Below, in pieces: positions 1 to 9,054 of a DNA stretch of 24,000 nucleotides. A program made the translations under genes and the position numbers. Under the pieces are notes generated by a model that saw only the letters and a list, made by a program, of their open reading frames with translations, made no database searches and was not told the origin of the DNA. Numbering within the stretch: position 1 is the first letter of the stretch; each line of letters opens with the position of its first letter. This DNA comes from Marinilabilia salmonicolor (GTDB taxonomy: Bacteria > Bacteroidota > Bacteroidia > Bacteroidales > Marinilabiliaceae): positions 34,696 to 58,695 of the forward strand of contig NZ_PVTS01000023.1 in NCBI RefSeq assembly GCF_003003035.1, given 5' to 3'.

Positions 1-2
1 CC

Positions 3-194
3 TTATCCAATGACTGCTTAAAGTTTTGTTTCAACAATCAGGTTTCCAGGGTAAAGTTTTGTAAAACGCACAAAGGGTCTATACTTCGGGAAAGGTACTT
101 CTCTCTTTACGCAGAAGAGACATTTATGTTATTGGAAGGAAAGGTTATATTTTGTGGAAACAATTATTCTTACTCTCTAATCCTTTCTGAATAA
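3..194 (+). CDS. Possible 3' end of an unidentified CDS entering from the left edge
   Basis: Frame 3 is open from the window edge for 63 codons (...GSILRERYFSLYAEETFMLLEGKVIFCGNNYSYSLILSE*) and ends at TAA 192-194. It is absent from the ORF track because no long start-to-stop ORF exists in the window. I recognise no motif; the only support is the length of open frame in AT-rich DNA. Confidence 0.3.
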   Translation, partial: LSNDCLKFCFNNQVSRVKFCKTHKGSILRERYFSLYAEETFMLLEGKVIFCGNNYSYSLILSE

Positions 195-239
195 TAAATA
201 TTTGCCCAAAGGTAGAAATAAAAAACGTTGGTTTTTAAA

Positions 240-1187
240 TCATTGGAACATCAGATATATTGGGTAAGCGACCAGTAAAAGTGCAGCTTCCCATCGATCT
301 AACTTTCTTTTCCTGCCAGAAAACATAGCAATGAAAAGGAATATGGTGCCCAGCCCCAAAAAACATATATCCAGGTTAAAGGATTGGTTAAAATTAAAAG
401 GCTTTATGACCAGACTCGTTCCAAGAATTAAGAAGATATTGAAAATGTTGGAACCAATAATGTTCCCAACTGCGATGTCAGAGTTTTTCTTAAAAGCAGC
501 GACTATGGAGGTTGCAAGTTCGGGAAGGGAAGTACCGGCTGCAACAATCGTAAGGGCAATTATCTTCTCGCTAACTTCAAAATATCGGGCTACCCCTATT
601 GCGTTGTTAACAACCAAAGAACCTCCCAGAATAAGTCCGGCTAATCCCAGAATAATTGAGAACCATATTTTTATTGGAGACGCTTCTGTAGATGGGTTAG
701 ATCTTTCTGGTTTGTCTTTTTGGAGCTGTTTCCTTAAATAAAGAAGGAATAGCCCGAACAAGCTTAATAAAATAATGCCGTCCATAAAGGTTAGAGCTTT
801 GGTATCCTCCGGGGAAAAGAATAAATCGTTGCTCAGAAAATACAATAAAACTACTGCCAGAAAAGAGAAGGGAATTTCTTTCCAAACCGTTGAATGCTGA
901 ACAACAAGGGGTGTGATTAAGCCTGAAAGACCTAAAATTACGAAAAGATTAAAAATATTGCTCCCAATGACATTACCCATAATAATATCCTGATGCCCCT
1001 CAATAGAGGCTATTGAGCTGACAACCAACTCAGGTGCGGAAGTTCCAAAAGCAACTATGGTTAATCCAATGGTGAGATCAGAAATTCCATATTTTCTGGC
1101 CAACCCGGTAGCACCATTGACAAGCCCGTTGGCACCCGAAATGAGAAGGGCAAATCCCAGTATTAATAAGATATATGATGACAGCAT
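240..1187 (-). CDS. CaCA-family Na+/Ca2+ (K+-dependent type, YrbG-like) antiporter
   Basis: 315-aa polytopic membrane protein. It carries the two internally duplicated alpha-repeat signatures GNVIGSNIFNLFVILG and GNIIGSNIFNIFLILG, plus GTSAPE/GTSLPE motifs typical of Na+/Ca2+ exchangers. The ATG lies 11 nt after the stop of the upstream CDF gene, so the two are probably an operon. Confidence 0.9.
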   Translation of the reverse strand: MLSSYILLILGFALLISGANGLVNGATGLARKYGISDLTIGLTIVAFGTSAPELVVSSIASIEGHQDIIMGNVIGSNIFNLFVILGLSGLITPLVVQHSTVWKEIPFSFLAVVLLYFLSNDLFFSPEDTKALTFMDGIILLSLFGLFLLYLRKQLQKDKPERSNPSTEASPIKIWFSIILGLAGLILGGSLVVNNAIGVARYFEVSEKIIALTIVAAGTSLPELATSIVAAFKKNSDIAVGNIIGSNIFNIFLILGTSLVIKPFNFNQSFNLDICFLGLGTIFLFIAMFSGRKRKLDRWEAALLLVAYPIYLMFQ

Positions 1188-1198
1188 TGTTTGTTTTT

Positions 1199-2104
1199 CT
1201 AATTAAAACCAGCAAAAGGTTCAATATGAATCCCAATATGGGAATTTTCGCCAAATTCCCTTTTCAATTGAATTTCTATTTCTGTAGCTATATTATGCGA
1301 AACCTCAACGGTAAGATTTTTGTCAACCTTAATATGGACGTCAACCGCTATAATTTCTCCAATTCTTCTTGTTCTCAAATTATGAAACCACAAGACACCT
1401 TCAGTGCCTTTAATCTCTTCCGAAATAATATTCTCCACGTCTGAGGGTAAAGAGGTTTCCAATAACTCTTTGATGCTGGGAATAGCTGCGTCCCACCCGA
1501 TTTTTAAGATAAAAATACTCACAATAATTCCTGCCAGAGGATCAAGAATCCTCCAGGATTCTCCCAGAAAGAATGCCCCTGAAATCCCCAGGGCTGTTGC
1601 TATTGAAGAAAATGCATCTGAACGATGATGCCATGCATTGGCCTTTAATGCACTGCTTTTCGTTTTTTTTCCTGCTAAAAAGGTGTACCAGAACAGGACT
1701 TCTTTTGCCAGAATAGAAATTACGGCTGCATATAACGCTATTATTCCGGGTTTAAGAATAGGTTCCCCCGAAACAAACCGGATAATTTTCATGGTTCCTG
1801 ACCATAATATCCCAATCCCGACAAGTCCCAGAGCAAATCCGATTAGCATGGTAGCAAAAGTTTCAAATTTACCGTGCCCGTAATGATGGCTTTTATCTCT
1901 CTCCTTTCCTGAAACTCCGATAAACATTAAAACAATTAAATCCGTGACTAAATCAGAAAGGGAATGAATGCCATCAGCCAACATAGCAGAACTTTTGCCT
2001 ATAAGGCCTGCGATAATCTTACCTAAAGACAAAACCAGGTTTACAATCGAACCTGTAACGGTTACTCTTTTAATAAGTTTTATTCTTTCGAGCTCCATTT
2101 TCAT
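1199..2104 (-). CDS. Cation diffusion facilitator (CDF) family divalent-metal efflux transporter
   Basis: Six predicted TM helices with CDF motifs (SLSDLVTDL, HHYGHGKFE, HHRSDAFSSIATALG) and a C-terminal cytoplasmic domain (HNLRTRRIGEIIAVDVHI). The track ORF starts at a TTG (2134). I place the start at the first ATG (2104, MKMELERIK...). Confidence 0.88.
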   Translation of the reverse strand: MKMELERIKLIKRVTVTGSIVNLVLSLGKIIAGLIGKSSAMLADGIHSLSDLVTDLIVLMFIGVSGKERDKSHHYGHGKFETFATMLIGFALGLVGIGILWSGTMKIIRFVSGEPILKPGIIALYAAVISILAKEVLFWYTFLAGKKTKSSALKANAWHHRSDAFSSIATALGISGAFFLGESWRILDPLAGIIVSIFILKIGWDAAIPSIKELLETSLPSDVENIISEEIKGTEGVLWFHNLRTRRIGEIIAVDVHIKVDKNLTVEVSHNIATEIEIQLKREFGENSHIGIHIEPFAGFN

Positions 2105-2214
2105 GTCCGATAATATTAAAAAACATATTGCCAAATGATATAAACCCGGATTTGTCGTTTGAAAGTTAAGCTAAAGGTTTGTAAATTCATGCTTTAAGCA
2201 AGTTTTTTTTTTTA

Positions 2215-3864
2215 ATGACAAACAACTGTTTTATGAATATCTCCACCTACTTAAAATCTTTAGCGATAGTTTTTCTAATTGTAATTCCATGGAAAGTCTT
2301 TATTACCGGAGCTACCCCTTCTCCTGATTCCGGAAGTATAAAAGAACTTCTTCATGAAAAGATTGATCATCTTGAACAATACCTGACTCTTGATCAGGGA
2401 ATTGAAATTTATGCGATCCCATCAGTAATAAAAACTTACAGGGATCGGAACTTCCACCCTGTTTGGGAAAGAAGACAAGATGTTGATGATCTTATTACCG
2501 CCATTAAGCAAAGTTACGATCATGGACTTTCACCATCCGATTATCATATTTCTACTCTCGAACAAATGTCGATTGCACGCACTGCTGAAGAGAAGGTATT
2601 AAGAGATATTATTTTGACAGATGCTTTTTTACTTCTGACTTCACACATAATCTCAGGAAAGACAAATCCAAAGACAAGGAATGCGCAATGGCATGTGGTT
2701 AAATCTGAAAGAAATCCCATATCCTACATAGATGATATCAGCAAAGAACCGTTACTCCCTGCACTTGAAAGACTATATCCAAAGCATATAAACTATGATT
2801 TGTTAAAGCAACAACTTGAGAAGTACAGGAAAATAGAAGCGGAAGGGGGCTGGCCGGAGGTTAGCTCTGGTTCCATGTTAAAACCAGGAATGGCAGACCC
2901 GCGTATTCCCCAAATAAAAGCAAGATTGAGAGTAACAGGGGAGTATGATTCCTCTTTTGACCAGGAAAACAATTCTTATGATGATGTATTACAACAATCT
3001 GTTGTGAAGTTTCAAAAAAAACATGGAATTGAAGCACTTGGCAATATAGGCCCGGAAACAACCATGGCAATGAATACACCGGTCAAAGAACGAATAAAAA
3101 CACTTGAGGTAAACCTGGAGCGCTGGCGTTGGCTTCCAGTTGAGTTTAGCCAGTATTATGTTTTGGTGAATATTGCCAATTTTGAATTGGAAGTAATCGA
3201 CAACAAGCAGCCAATCAACCATCAAAAAGTTATTGTGGGCCGACCGTACAGGAAAACTCCGGTGTTCAAAAGCGTAATGGAGTACCTGGATATTAATCCA
3301 ACCTGGACCGTTCCGCCAACAATTCTCAGAAATGATTTAGTTCCCGAGATTCAAAAAAATGTCCGTTATCTAACCGATAAAAACATAACTGTTTTTAGCC
3401 CGGATGGAAAAAAGCTTAATCCCGATTCAGTCAACTGGAACAGCAATAGTGTATTCTCTTATAAATACAGACAAGAACCAGGAAAAAGCAACGCTCTGGG
3501 AAGGATAAAATTTATGTTTCCCAATACTTACAATGTCTATTTGCATGATACACCGACACGTGAGTTGTTCAACAGGACAGAAAGAGCTTTCAGTTCAGGC
3601 TGTATCAGAGTGGAAAAGCCTATTGAGTTGGCAGAACTACTTCTCGCGGATCAAGGGAAATGGTCGCAGGCTTCAATTAAGAAAGCTATTGAATCCAATA
3701 TTACTCAAACCGTTCGTTTAACACGAAAGCCGGAGGTTTATCTACTTTACTGGACTGCCTGGATCGATCAGGAAGGGAATCATCATTTTTCTAAAGATAT
3801 ATATGACCGCGATCAGTCAATTTACATCGCTCTTAAATCAAGGCCCGTTTACGATTTAGATTGA
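2215..3864 (+). CDS. L,D-transpeptidase, YcbB/LdtD-like (peptidoglycan-binding domain plus YkuD catalytic domain)
   Basis: 549 aa with an N-terminal signal/TM segment and a PG-binding-like segment (VVKFQKKHGIEALGNIGPETTMAMN). The YkuD catalytic signature is HDTPTRELFNRTERAFSSGCIRV, containing the His and Cys. An alternative start is the ATG at 2233. Confidence 0.9.
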   Translation: MTNNCFMNISTYLKSLAIVFLIVIPWKVFITGATPSPDSGSIKELLHEKIDHLEQYLTLDQGIEIYAIPSVIKTYRDRNFHPVWERRQDVDDLITAIKQSYDHGLSPSDYHISTLEQMSIARTAEEKVLRDIILTDAFLLLTSHIISGKTNPKTRNAQWHVVKSERNPISYIDDISKEPLLPALERLYPKHINYDLLKQQLEKYRKIEAEGGWPEVSSGSMLKPGMADPRIPQIKARLRVTGEYDSSFDQENNSYDDVLQQSVVKFQKKHGIEALGNIGPETTMAMNTPVKERIKTLEVNLERWRWLPVEFSQYYVLVNIANFELEVIDNKQPINHQKVIVGRPYRKTPVFKSVMEYLDINPTWTVPPTILRNDLVPEIQKNVRYLTDKNITVFSPDGKKLNPDSVNWNSNSVFSYKYRQEPGKSNALGRIKFMFPNTYNVYLHDTPTRELFNRTERAFSSGCIRVEKPIELAELLLADQGKWSQASIKKAIESNITQTVRLTRKPEVYLLYWTAWIDQEGNHHFSKDIYDRDQSIYIALKSRPVYDLD

Positions 3865-4562
3865 GAAGCATATTCTGAAAGGCTGAAATAGCTTTCTTCC
3901 GGATAATAAATAAAAACACAAGACTTGTTTTTAATAGACTGGATAATCGTTTTATTTTTTTCAGGTGGCAATGCGGGACAACCAAAGCTTCGTCCCAGGC
4001 GTCCATGCTTATTTACAAATTGCATGGTCGCATACTGAGCTGCATGAATAACAATTGCTCTTTCCCTGGCTTTATCATTAATTCCGGGTTCAACACCATC
4101 AAGACGAAGGGAAAGACCATGTTTGCCATGGTAAGTTTCGCCAGTAACAAAAAAGCCCAGACTGCTCATGTTCGATTGTGGAATGTTTGAAAACTTTTCA
4201 GCTTTATTTTCTCCCGTGTTTTTGCCATGAGCCACCAGAGTATGCTGTACAATTTTTAAACTATCACAATCAATAACCCAAAGTCTCTTTTGTGTAGAAG
4301 AAAGAGAAAAATCAATTAAAGTCAGGTATTTATTGTTTTTCAGCTTCCCCTCCTCCATTAAATTTTGTTTCCCTTTCATTCCCAATCGAAAGGCTTCAAA
4401 AGATGGTCTTTGGTACTCGGGAGTAAGCGAATTATAAGCGGTAAGTATGTTGTTGGAAGGATTATTCTGCTTTTCAGATTCTTTTCCTAAACTGGTTTGT
4501 CCCAAATTCAGAAAAAAAATAACAACAACGAAGATTAATCTTTTGTCAATTGTGCCCTGCAT
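3849..4562 (-). CDS. Murein L,D-transpeptidase catalytic-domain family protein (YkuD_2 type)
   Basis: 237 aa with a signal peptide. Family-typical stretches are VAHGKNTG, SSLGFFVTGETYHGKHGLSLRLDG, ERAIVIHAA and HGRLGRSFGCPALP (catalytic Cys). Its 3' end overlaps the convergent gene by 16 nt. Confidence 0.88.
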   Translation of the reverse strand: MQGTIDKRLIFVVVIFFLNLGQTSLGKESEKQNNPSNNILTAYNSLTPEYQRPSFEAFRLGMKGKQNLMEEGKLKNNKYLTLIDFSLSSTQKRLWVIDCDSLKIVQHTLVAHGKNTGENKAEKFSNIPQSNMSSLGFFVTGETYHGKHGLSLRLDGVEPGINDKARERAIVIHAAQYATMQFVNKHGRLGRSFGCPALPPEKNKTIIQSIKNKSCVFIYYPEESYFSLSEYASQSKS

Positions 4563-4884
4563 ATCTTCCCTCCTTCTTAAAATATATTGACTTATTCTGT
4601 GTTTACGAAGAACAGTCTCTTATTGTTTCAAAAATAAGAAATATTTCCCACAACCTGCATACCAAACATAGAAACGTTAACATCAAACCTTCAGAGACTT
4701 ACACTCCAAGTATTTCATTCCAGATAAGAACTCAATGAACAACAAACTATTCTGACTTTATTGTGAAACAAGAAAACACGCCACCCCATTTTAATATCCG
4801 GTAATTCCTGGATTTAAACCCAAAAACAAACCAGCCGGAATTCTAACGGTCATCCATATTCATAAAAAATGACATGTTTCTCTG

Positions 4885-5451
4885 TCAGATTCCTGTAGCA
4901 CCACCCGACACTATAAATTTCATCACAACAGCCGGATTTACATCAATAGACCGAACCTGGTTCTTTGGAACTATAAACAACTCACCTGAAAAGTTGTAGG
5001 AATGAGGAAAGTAAACGGCAACCTTCTCTTTTTCATCAAGCTTGCTCAGATCCTCTTCAGTAATAAAACCCAATTTCTCCAAATTGGAAATAGGATTCAC
5101 CAAGACAATGACAGGCTTTTTAAATTTTCTTTCTTTTCCAACAAAAGCAGAAAAAAGGTCATTCAAAGCGGAATAAATAAATTTCAACAGGGGGGCCTTT
5201 TCAATAAGTCTGTTAAAGAAAATCTTGAACGGCCTGGCAAGAATGCTGCTGCCAATAATTCCCACCAACACCAGGAAAAAGAAAATGAACACCAGCCCCA
5301 ATCCCGGAATATCTATTCCAAGATATTTCTTAAGGATTCCTTCCAGCAGATTATCAGTAAAACTAAAAAGAACATAGATAATGTAAGCCGTAATTCCAAA
5401 GGGGGCTATATAAAGCAAACCCTGAAAAAAATAATTTACAATTCTCTTCAT
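4885..5451 (-). CDS. DUF502 domain-containing membrane protein
   Basis: 188 aa with two N-terminal TM helices (IPGLGLVFIFFFLVLVGIIG). The conserved C-terminal part (PLLKFIYSALNDL ... YFPHSYNFSGELFIVPKNQV ... MKFIVSGG) matches the DUF502 layout as I remember it. Confidence 0.75.
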   Translation of the reverse strand: MKRIVNYFFQGLLYIAPFGITAYIIYVLFSFTDNLLEGILKKYLGIDIPGLGLVFIFFFLVLVGIIGSSILARPFKIFFNRLIEKAPLLKFIYSALNDLFSAFVGKERKFKKPVIVLVNPISNLEKLGFITEEDLSKLDEKEKVAVYFPHSYNFSGELFIVPKNQVRSIDVNPAVVMKFIVSGGATGI

Positions 5452-5755
5452 AAAACAAAATTAACAACATCAACAATGACCAAAATTACGATATTTCCTT
5501 TTAATCATTTCTGAGGTTCTGTCACTTGGAGATTTTCCCACAAAAACCATTGAGAACTATCTCAACTTTTGAAAAATTCCAAATTCTTTCTATCGTGACA
5601 CCGTTTATATGAGGAATTATTTAGAAATTTGCAGCGGAATAATTCGAATTCAGCTAAACAAATATCATCAAACATCTAAAGCATAACAACCTGCATTACA
5701 AATCATGTTGTTTAAATAAATTAAATAGCATTTCTTTTAGAAAAAATATTGGCAA

Positions 5756-6532
5756 ATGAAAAAAACTTTAAAGCTCAAAATTTTTGCAAGCTTTATGCTT
5801 CTTATTGCAATGTTGGCTATTGCAGGGGCTATTTCAATTCTTGAGTTTCGCTGGTTAAGTAATTCAGTTCATGGCCTGGTGGAAGATAATTATAAATCCA
5901 TCGAAGCATCAAAAAAGATGGTTGAAGCTTTGGAACGGGAGGACAGTGGAATTTTATTATTGATGTTGGGTGAATGGGAAGAAGGTCGTGAAATACTGAA
6001 AGCAGCAGACAGATCTTTTTTCTCGGCATTTGAAGTTGCAAAGAATAATCTTACCGAGAATAATGAAGAAAGCTATATCAGGGATATTGAAAAGGCGTAT
6101 AGAATTTACAAATCGAGTTGGCAACGTCCGATTGTTGATACGGACAAACAGGGTAACATCGTATGGTATAAAGATGATATTCACCAAAAATTTGTTGACA
6201 CCAAATCTGCCGTGAATGAATTAATGTCTTTAAATCAATCCAGTATGTTTAATGAAGTCTCGGATTTAAAAGAAAAATCAAAAAGAGCAATTATGCCAGG
6301 TATTGTTTCAATAATCGCAGCGTTGGTTTTTTCAATTATACTAAACTTCTTTATTACAAAATATTTTGTAAATCCAATATCTGAATTAGCAGAAGCAGTT
6401 GATAATTACCGTGACGGAGATAAAAGTCTCAGAGTTGATATTTCCTCCAATGACGAAATCAAAAAATTAGAAAACGCAATTAATGATTTACTTCAAAGAC
6501 AGGTGAAAAATTTCAATACTTCGAAGAAATGA
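5756..6532 (+). CDS. Membrane sensor-like protein: four-helix-bundle (MCP-type) periplasmic domain plus HAMP, no output domain
   Basis: 258 aa arranged as TM1 (FASFMLLIAMLAIAGAISIL), a ~150-aa helical extracytoplasmic region, TM2 (IMPGIVSIIAALVFSIILNFFI), then a HAMP-like segment (VNPISELAEAVDNYRDGDKSLRVDISSNDEIKKLENAINDLL). The protein ends there. Its stop overlaps the trkH ATG (ATGA at 6529-6532). Confidence 0.7.
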   Translation: MKKTLKLKIFASFMLLIAMLAIAGAISILEFRWLSNSVHGLVEDNYKSIEASKKMVEALEREDSGILLLMLGEWEEGREILKAADRSFFSAFEVAKNNLTENNEESYIRDIEKAYRIYKSSWQRPIVDTDKQGNIVWYKDDIHQKFVDTKSAVNELMSLNQSSMFNEVSDLKEKSKRAIMPGIVSIIAALVFSIILNFFITKYFVNPISELAEAVDNYRDGDKSLRVDISSNDEIKKLENAINDLLQRQVKNFNTSKK

Positions 6533-7962
6533 AAAAAGAAATTATCATTAAGCACCTGGGAGTTGTACTCTTATTGAATGGGGTTTTCTTATTTATATCT
6601 TTCCTGATTTCCTTTTTTTTGAACGAATCATCAACGGTTTCGCTCCTATTTAGTGCATTAATATGCGGAATTTTTGGGGTTTTCCCACTCATCTTTGTTG
6701 AACGAACAGAGCATATAAGTTTTAACGAGGGCTTAACCATTGTTGTTTTAGGTTGGATAATTACCTGTGTTGTTGGCATGTTACCCTACCTAATGTGGGG
6801 AGGGGAATTTACACTAACTAATGCCTGGTTTGAAAGCGTTTCAGGTTTTACAACAACGGGCTCAACAATTTTAACTGAAATAGAAAGTTTACCAAAAGGA
6901 ATCCTTTTTTGGCGTTCATCAACCCACTGGATTGGAGGCATTGGCGTAATTTTGTTCGTTTTACTTATTCTTCCAAGGTCAAAGGGACAAAGAATAACCA
7001 TATACAACACTGAGATTTCCAGTCTTTCAAAAATGAATTTTCGGTACAACACCCGTAAAATAGTACACATTCTTGCAGTTGTATATATAAGCCTGACTCT
7101 GCTTGAAACAATAGCCTTAATGGTTTTTGGAATGAATTTTTTCGATGCGATAAATCATTCTTTTGCAACAATCGCAACGGGTGGTTTTTCCACAAAAAAC
7201 CTGAGCATTGCAGAATATAATAATCTCGGCATAGAAGTTATTATTATGGTATTTATGATTCTCAGCGGAAATCATTTTGGTTTGATTTACGGTACCATTA
7301 TGCTGAAAAAAGAAAATTTATTTCGGTCTTCCCTGGCAAAAACCTTTGTTTCAGTATTGTTAATTGGTATTTTACTGGTAACCTTGAAATTATATTTATC
7401 TGGAACCTATGATTTATTGACTTCATTGCGTTACGCATCGTTTCAGGTAATTTCGCTTGGAACAACAACCGGTTTTGCCACTGTAGATACAATTCATTGG
7501 CCAATCTTCACACAAATTATCCTGATTTATTTTACAATTCAATGTGCCATGTCCGGGTCAACCTCTGGAGGGTTGAAATTTGATCGTGTGTATATATTTT
7601 TCAAATTATTAGGAAAGCAAATAAAATTACTAAAACACCCTAATAGTGTTTTTGTGTCAAAATTTGACGGCAAGAGGATTGACGAAAAATTAGAAGAACA
7701 GACCTTGGTTTTTATTGTATTATATGTTGCTGTATTCTTTGCAACTACTATCATCTTAACAGCAATGGACATTGATGGGATGACTGCATTTTCCGCCTCA
7801 ATAGCTACTTTAGGAAATGTCGGACCCGGGTTTGAGAATGTAAGTTCGTTGGGAAATTTCGCATCCTTACCCGATTTTGGAAAGTTCGTTTTATCTATAA
7901 ATATGCTTTTAGGACGACTTGAAATATTCAATATTCTGGCTTTAATAATGATAAAAAAATAA
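6529..7962 (+). CDS. trkH: TrkH/KtrB-family potassium uptake transporter subunit
   Basis: 477-aa polytopic protein with repeated M1-P-M2 pore-loop signatures (SGFTTTGST, ATGGFST, GTTTGFAT, SGSTSGGLKF, LGNVGPG) characteristic of the Trk/Ktr/HKT superfamily. Confidence 0.92.
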   Translation: MKKEIIIKHLGVVLLLNGVFLFISFLISFFLNESSTVSLLFSALICGIFGVFPLIFVERTEHISFNEGLTIVVLGWIITCVVGMLPYLMWGGEFTLTNAWFESVSGFTTTGSTILTEIESLPKGILFWRSSTHWIGGIGVILFVLLILPRSKGQRITIYNTEISSLSKMNFRYNTRKIVHILAVVYISLTLLETIALMVFGMNFFDAINHSFATIATGGFSTKNLSIAEYNNLGIEVIIMVFMILSGNHFGLIYGTIMLKKENLFRSSLAKTFVSVLLIGILLVTLKLYLSGTYDLLTSLRYASFQVISLGTTTGFATVDTIHWPIFTQIILIYFTIQCAMSGSTSGGLKFDRVYIFFKLLGKQIKLLKHPNSVFVSKFDGKRIDEKLEEQTLVFIVLYVAVFFATTIILTAMDIDGMTAFSASIATLGNVGPGFENVSSLGNFASLPDFGKFVLSINMLLGRLEIFNILALIMIKK

Positions 7963-8094
7963 GCTTATTCAAATCACTCGTTTAGATCTAATAAAAAGAA
8001 TCTCGCCTGGTTTTACGAAAAAAATCAAGGAAGGAAGAGACAAAAACGGGAATCCGGAGAAAGCTTTAGTGAGTTAAAAACCTGGTTTTGAAAT

Positions 8095-8122
8095 GGTCTT
8101 CAAACAATTTGAAGATCTTTTT
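8095..8122 (+). terminator. Rho-independent terminator downstream of trkH
   Basis: 10-bp stem GGTCTTCAAA (8095-8104) / TTTGAAGATC (8108-8117, one G-U pair), CAA loop, then TTTTT (8118-8122). It lies 133 nt after the trkH stop. Confidence 0.6.
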
Positions 8123-8186
8123 GAATACAAGTCAACGGTGGCTTCTTAGGTTGACGATTTGACTTTGTAATAACACGCAGTAAAAT

Positions 8187-8211
8187 AGGCCTGCCATATT
8201 TGGGCAGACCT
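8187..8211 (-). terminator. Rho-independent terminator downstream of the OMP gene (minus strand)
   Basis: The minus-strand RNA reads AGGUCUGCC-CAAAUAU-GGCAGGCCU (9 bp including one G-U) followed by AUUUUA. On the plus strand the same stem has a C-A mismatch, so it is better on the minus strand. It lies 36 nt after the stop at 8247. Confidence 0.6.
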
Positions 8212-8246
8212 TTCGAAACCTACATATATTCAAGCTGTTTGCATTG

Positions 8247-9054
8247 CTAAAACATAAACCTCAAACCCAAAATCACTCGATTCCCGGCCTGCAATCCTCC
8301 TGAATGAGAATTGTTAACCGCAATTTGATACAATCCCTCAATTTTAAGATGAGGGGAAACAAACTGGAGGCCCGGCGATACATATCCTGAAACATTTGAT
8401 TCTCCGGTTCCCGGGTTATTGTTGATCAGTGAAAACTCCTGTACGGGCGACAAGATCCAATTCTCCAGACCTGGCAGCAGAATATTTCGCGAAATTGCAA
8501 GGTTCACTTGAAATACTCCTGCAGCTGCCTCCTTTTCACTTGTGTTATAATTGACCCATTCGTATGCATTGTTAAGATCAAATGACCAGAGTCCCGGACG
8601 AAATGAGGCATTGACACCGATTACCGGACTAAATGTATTTGCTGCAGATTTCCTCAGAACAGGGAATGTACTTCCAACAAATCCTGCAATTCCCAACGAG
8701 TAATGCCGGGTGTTTTTACGGTACAACTTCATTTTTCCCATTAAAAAAGGATCCATAAAGCTGTTGTCCATTTGCATCATGGTTTCATTACTAACCACAT
8801 CTCTATATGCATTGCGCATCATCAGCGTTACATCGGGTGTTAAACCGTAGGCCACTACCAATGGCATCATGTGCATCCGAATTTCGTTCCCTCCCATCCT
8901 ATTAAATAATGCTTCTATACTGGAGACGAACAATTATTCGATCCTGAGCCGGTGTAAGACCTGCATCTACACTAATTCCCTCTGCCCTTGAATAAAATCC
9001 AAGGGCCATAAAAATTATCGTAAGCAAAATAAAACGGAATCCATTATTCTTCAT
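8247..9054 (-). pseudogene. Outer-membrane beta-barrel 'transporter' (MetA/phenol-degradation-like porin) interrupted by a +1 frameshift
   Basis: ATG 9054 opens a 50-codon frame with a clear signal peptide (MKNNGFRFILLTIIFMALGFYSRAEGISVDAGLTPAQDRIIVRLQYRSII*, stop 8902-8904). The 228-codon track ORF (8247-8933) has no signal peptide, is in another frame, and ends in a barrel-type C-terminus (GLRFMF). The total span is 808 nt, not a multiple of 3. Removing one T from the TTT run (plus-strand AAA 8905-8907) fuses them as ...RLQYRSIINRMGGNEIRMH.... Confidence 0.6.

Noticed and set aside
331-741. 136-aa plus-strand ORF inside the antiporter gene
   Set aside because: It is fully antisense to a well-supported CaCA antiporter CDS, has no recognisable motifs and has a biased, basic composition typical of antisense frames.
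4550-4738. 62-aa plus-strand ORF in the 322-nt gap between the YkuD_2 and DUF502 genes
   Set aside because: It has no motif, starts inside the divergent gene's first codons, and its composition looks intergenic. The TCTTATT/AATAAGA hairpin inside it (about 4617-4639) lacks a proper U-tract and has no upstream same-strand gene to terminate.
5456-5488. Two CAAAATTA (TAATTTTG on the minus strand) boxes upstream of the DUF502 gene as promoters
   Set aside because: One lies only 4 nt from the ATG. Neither has a TTTG -33 partner at the expected spacing. AT-rich spacers produce this octamer by chance too easily to call.
5002-5514. 170-aa plus-strand ORF overlapping the DUF502 gene
   Set aside because: It is antisense to a membrane-protein gene and is a low-complexity K/N/Q-rich translation with no domain signature. 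The DUF502 frame explains the open reading.
7539-7931. 130-aa minus-strand ORF inside trkH
   Set aside because: It is antisense to a strongly supported TrkH CDS and has no motifs.
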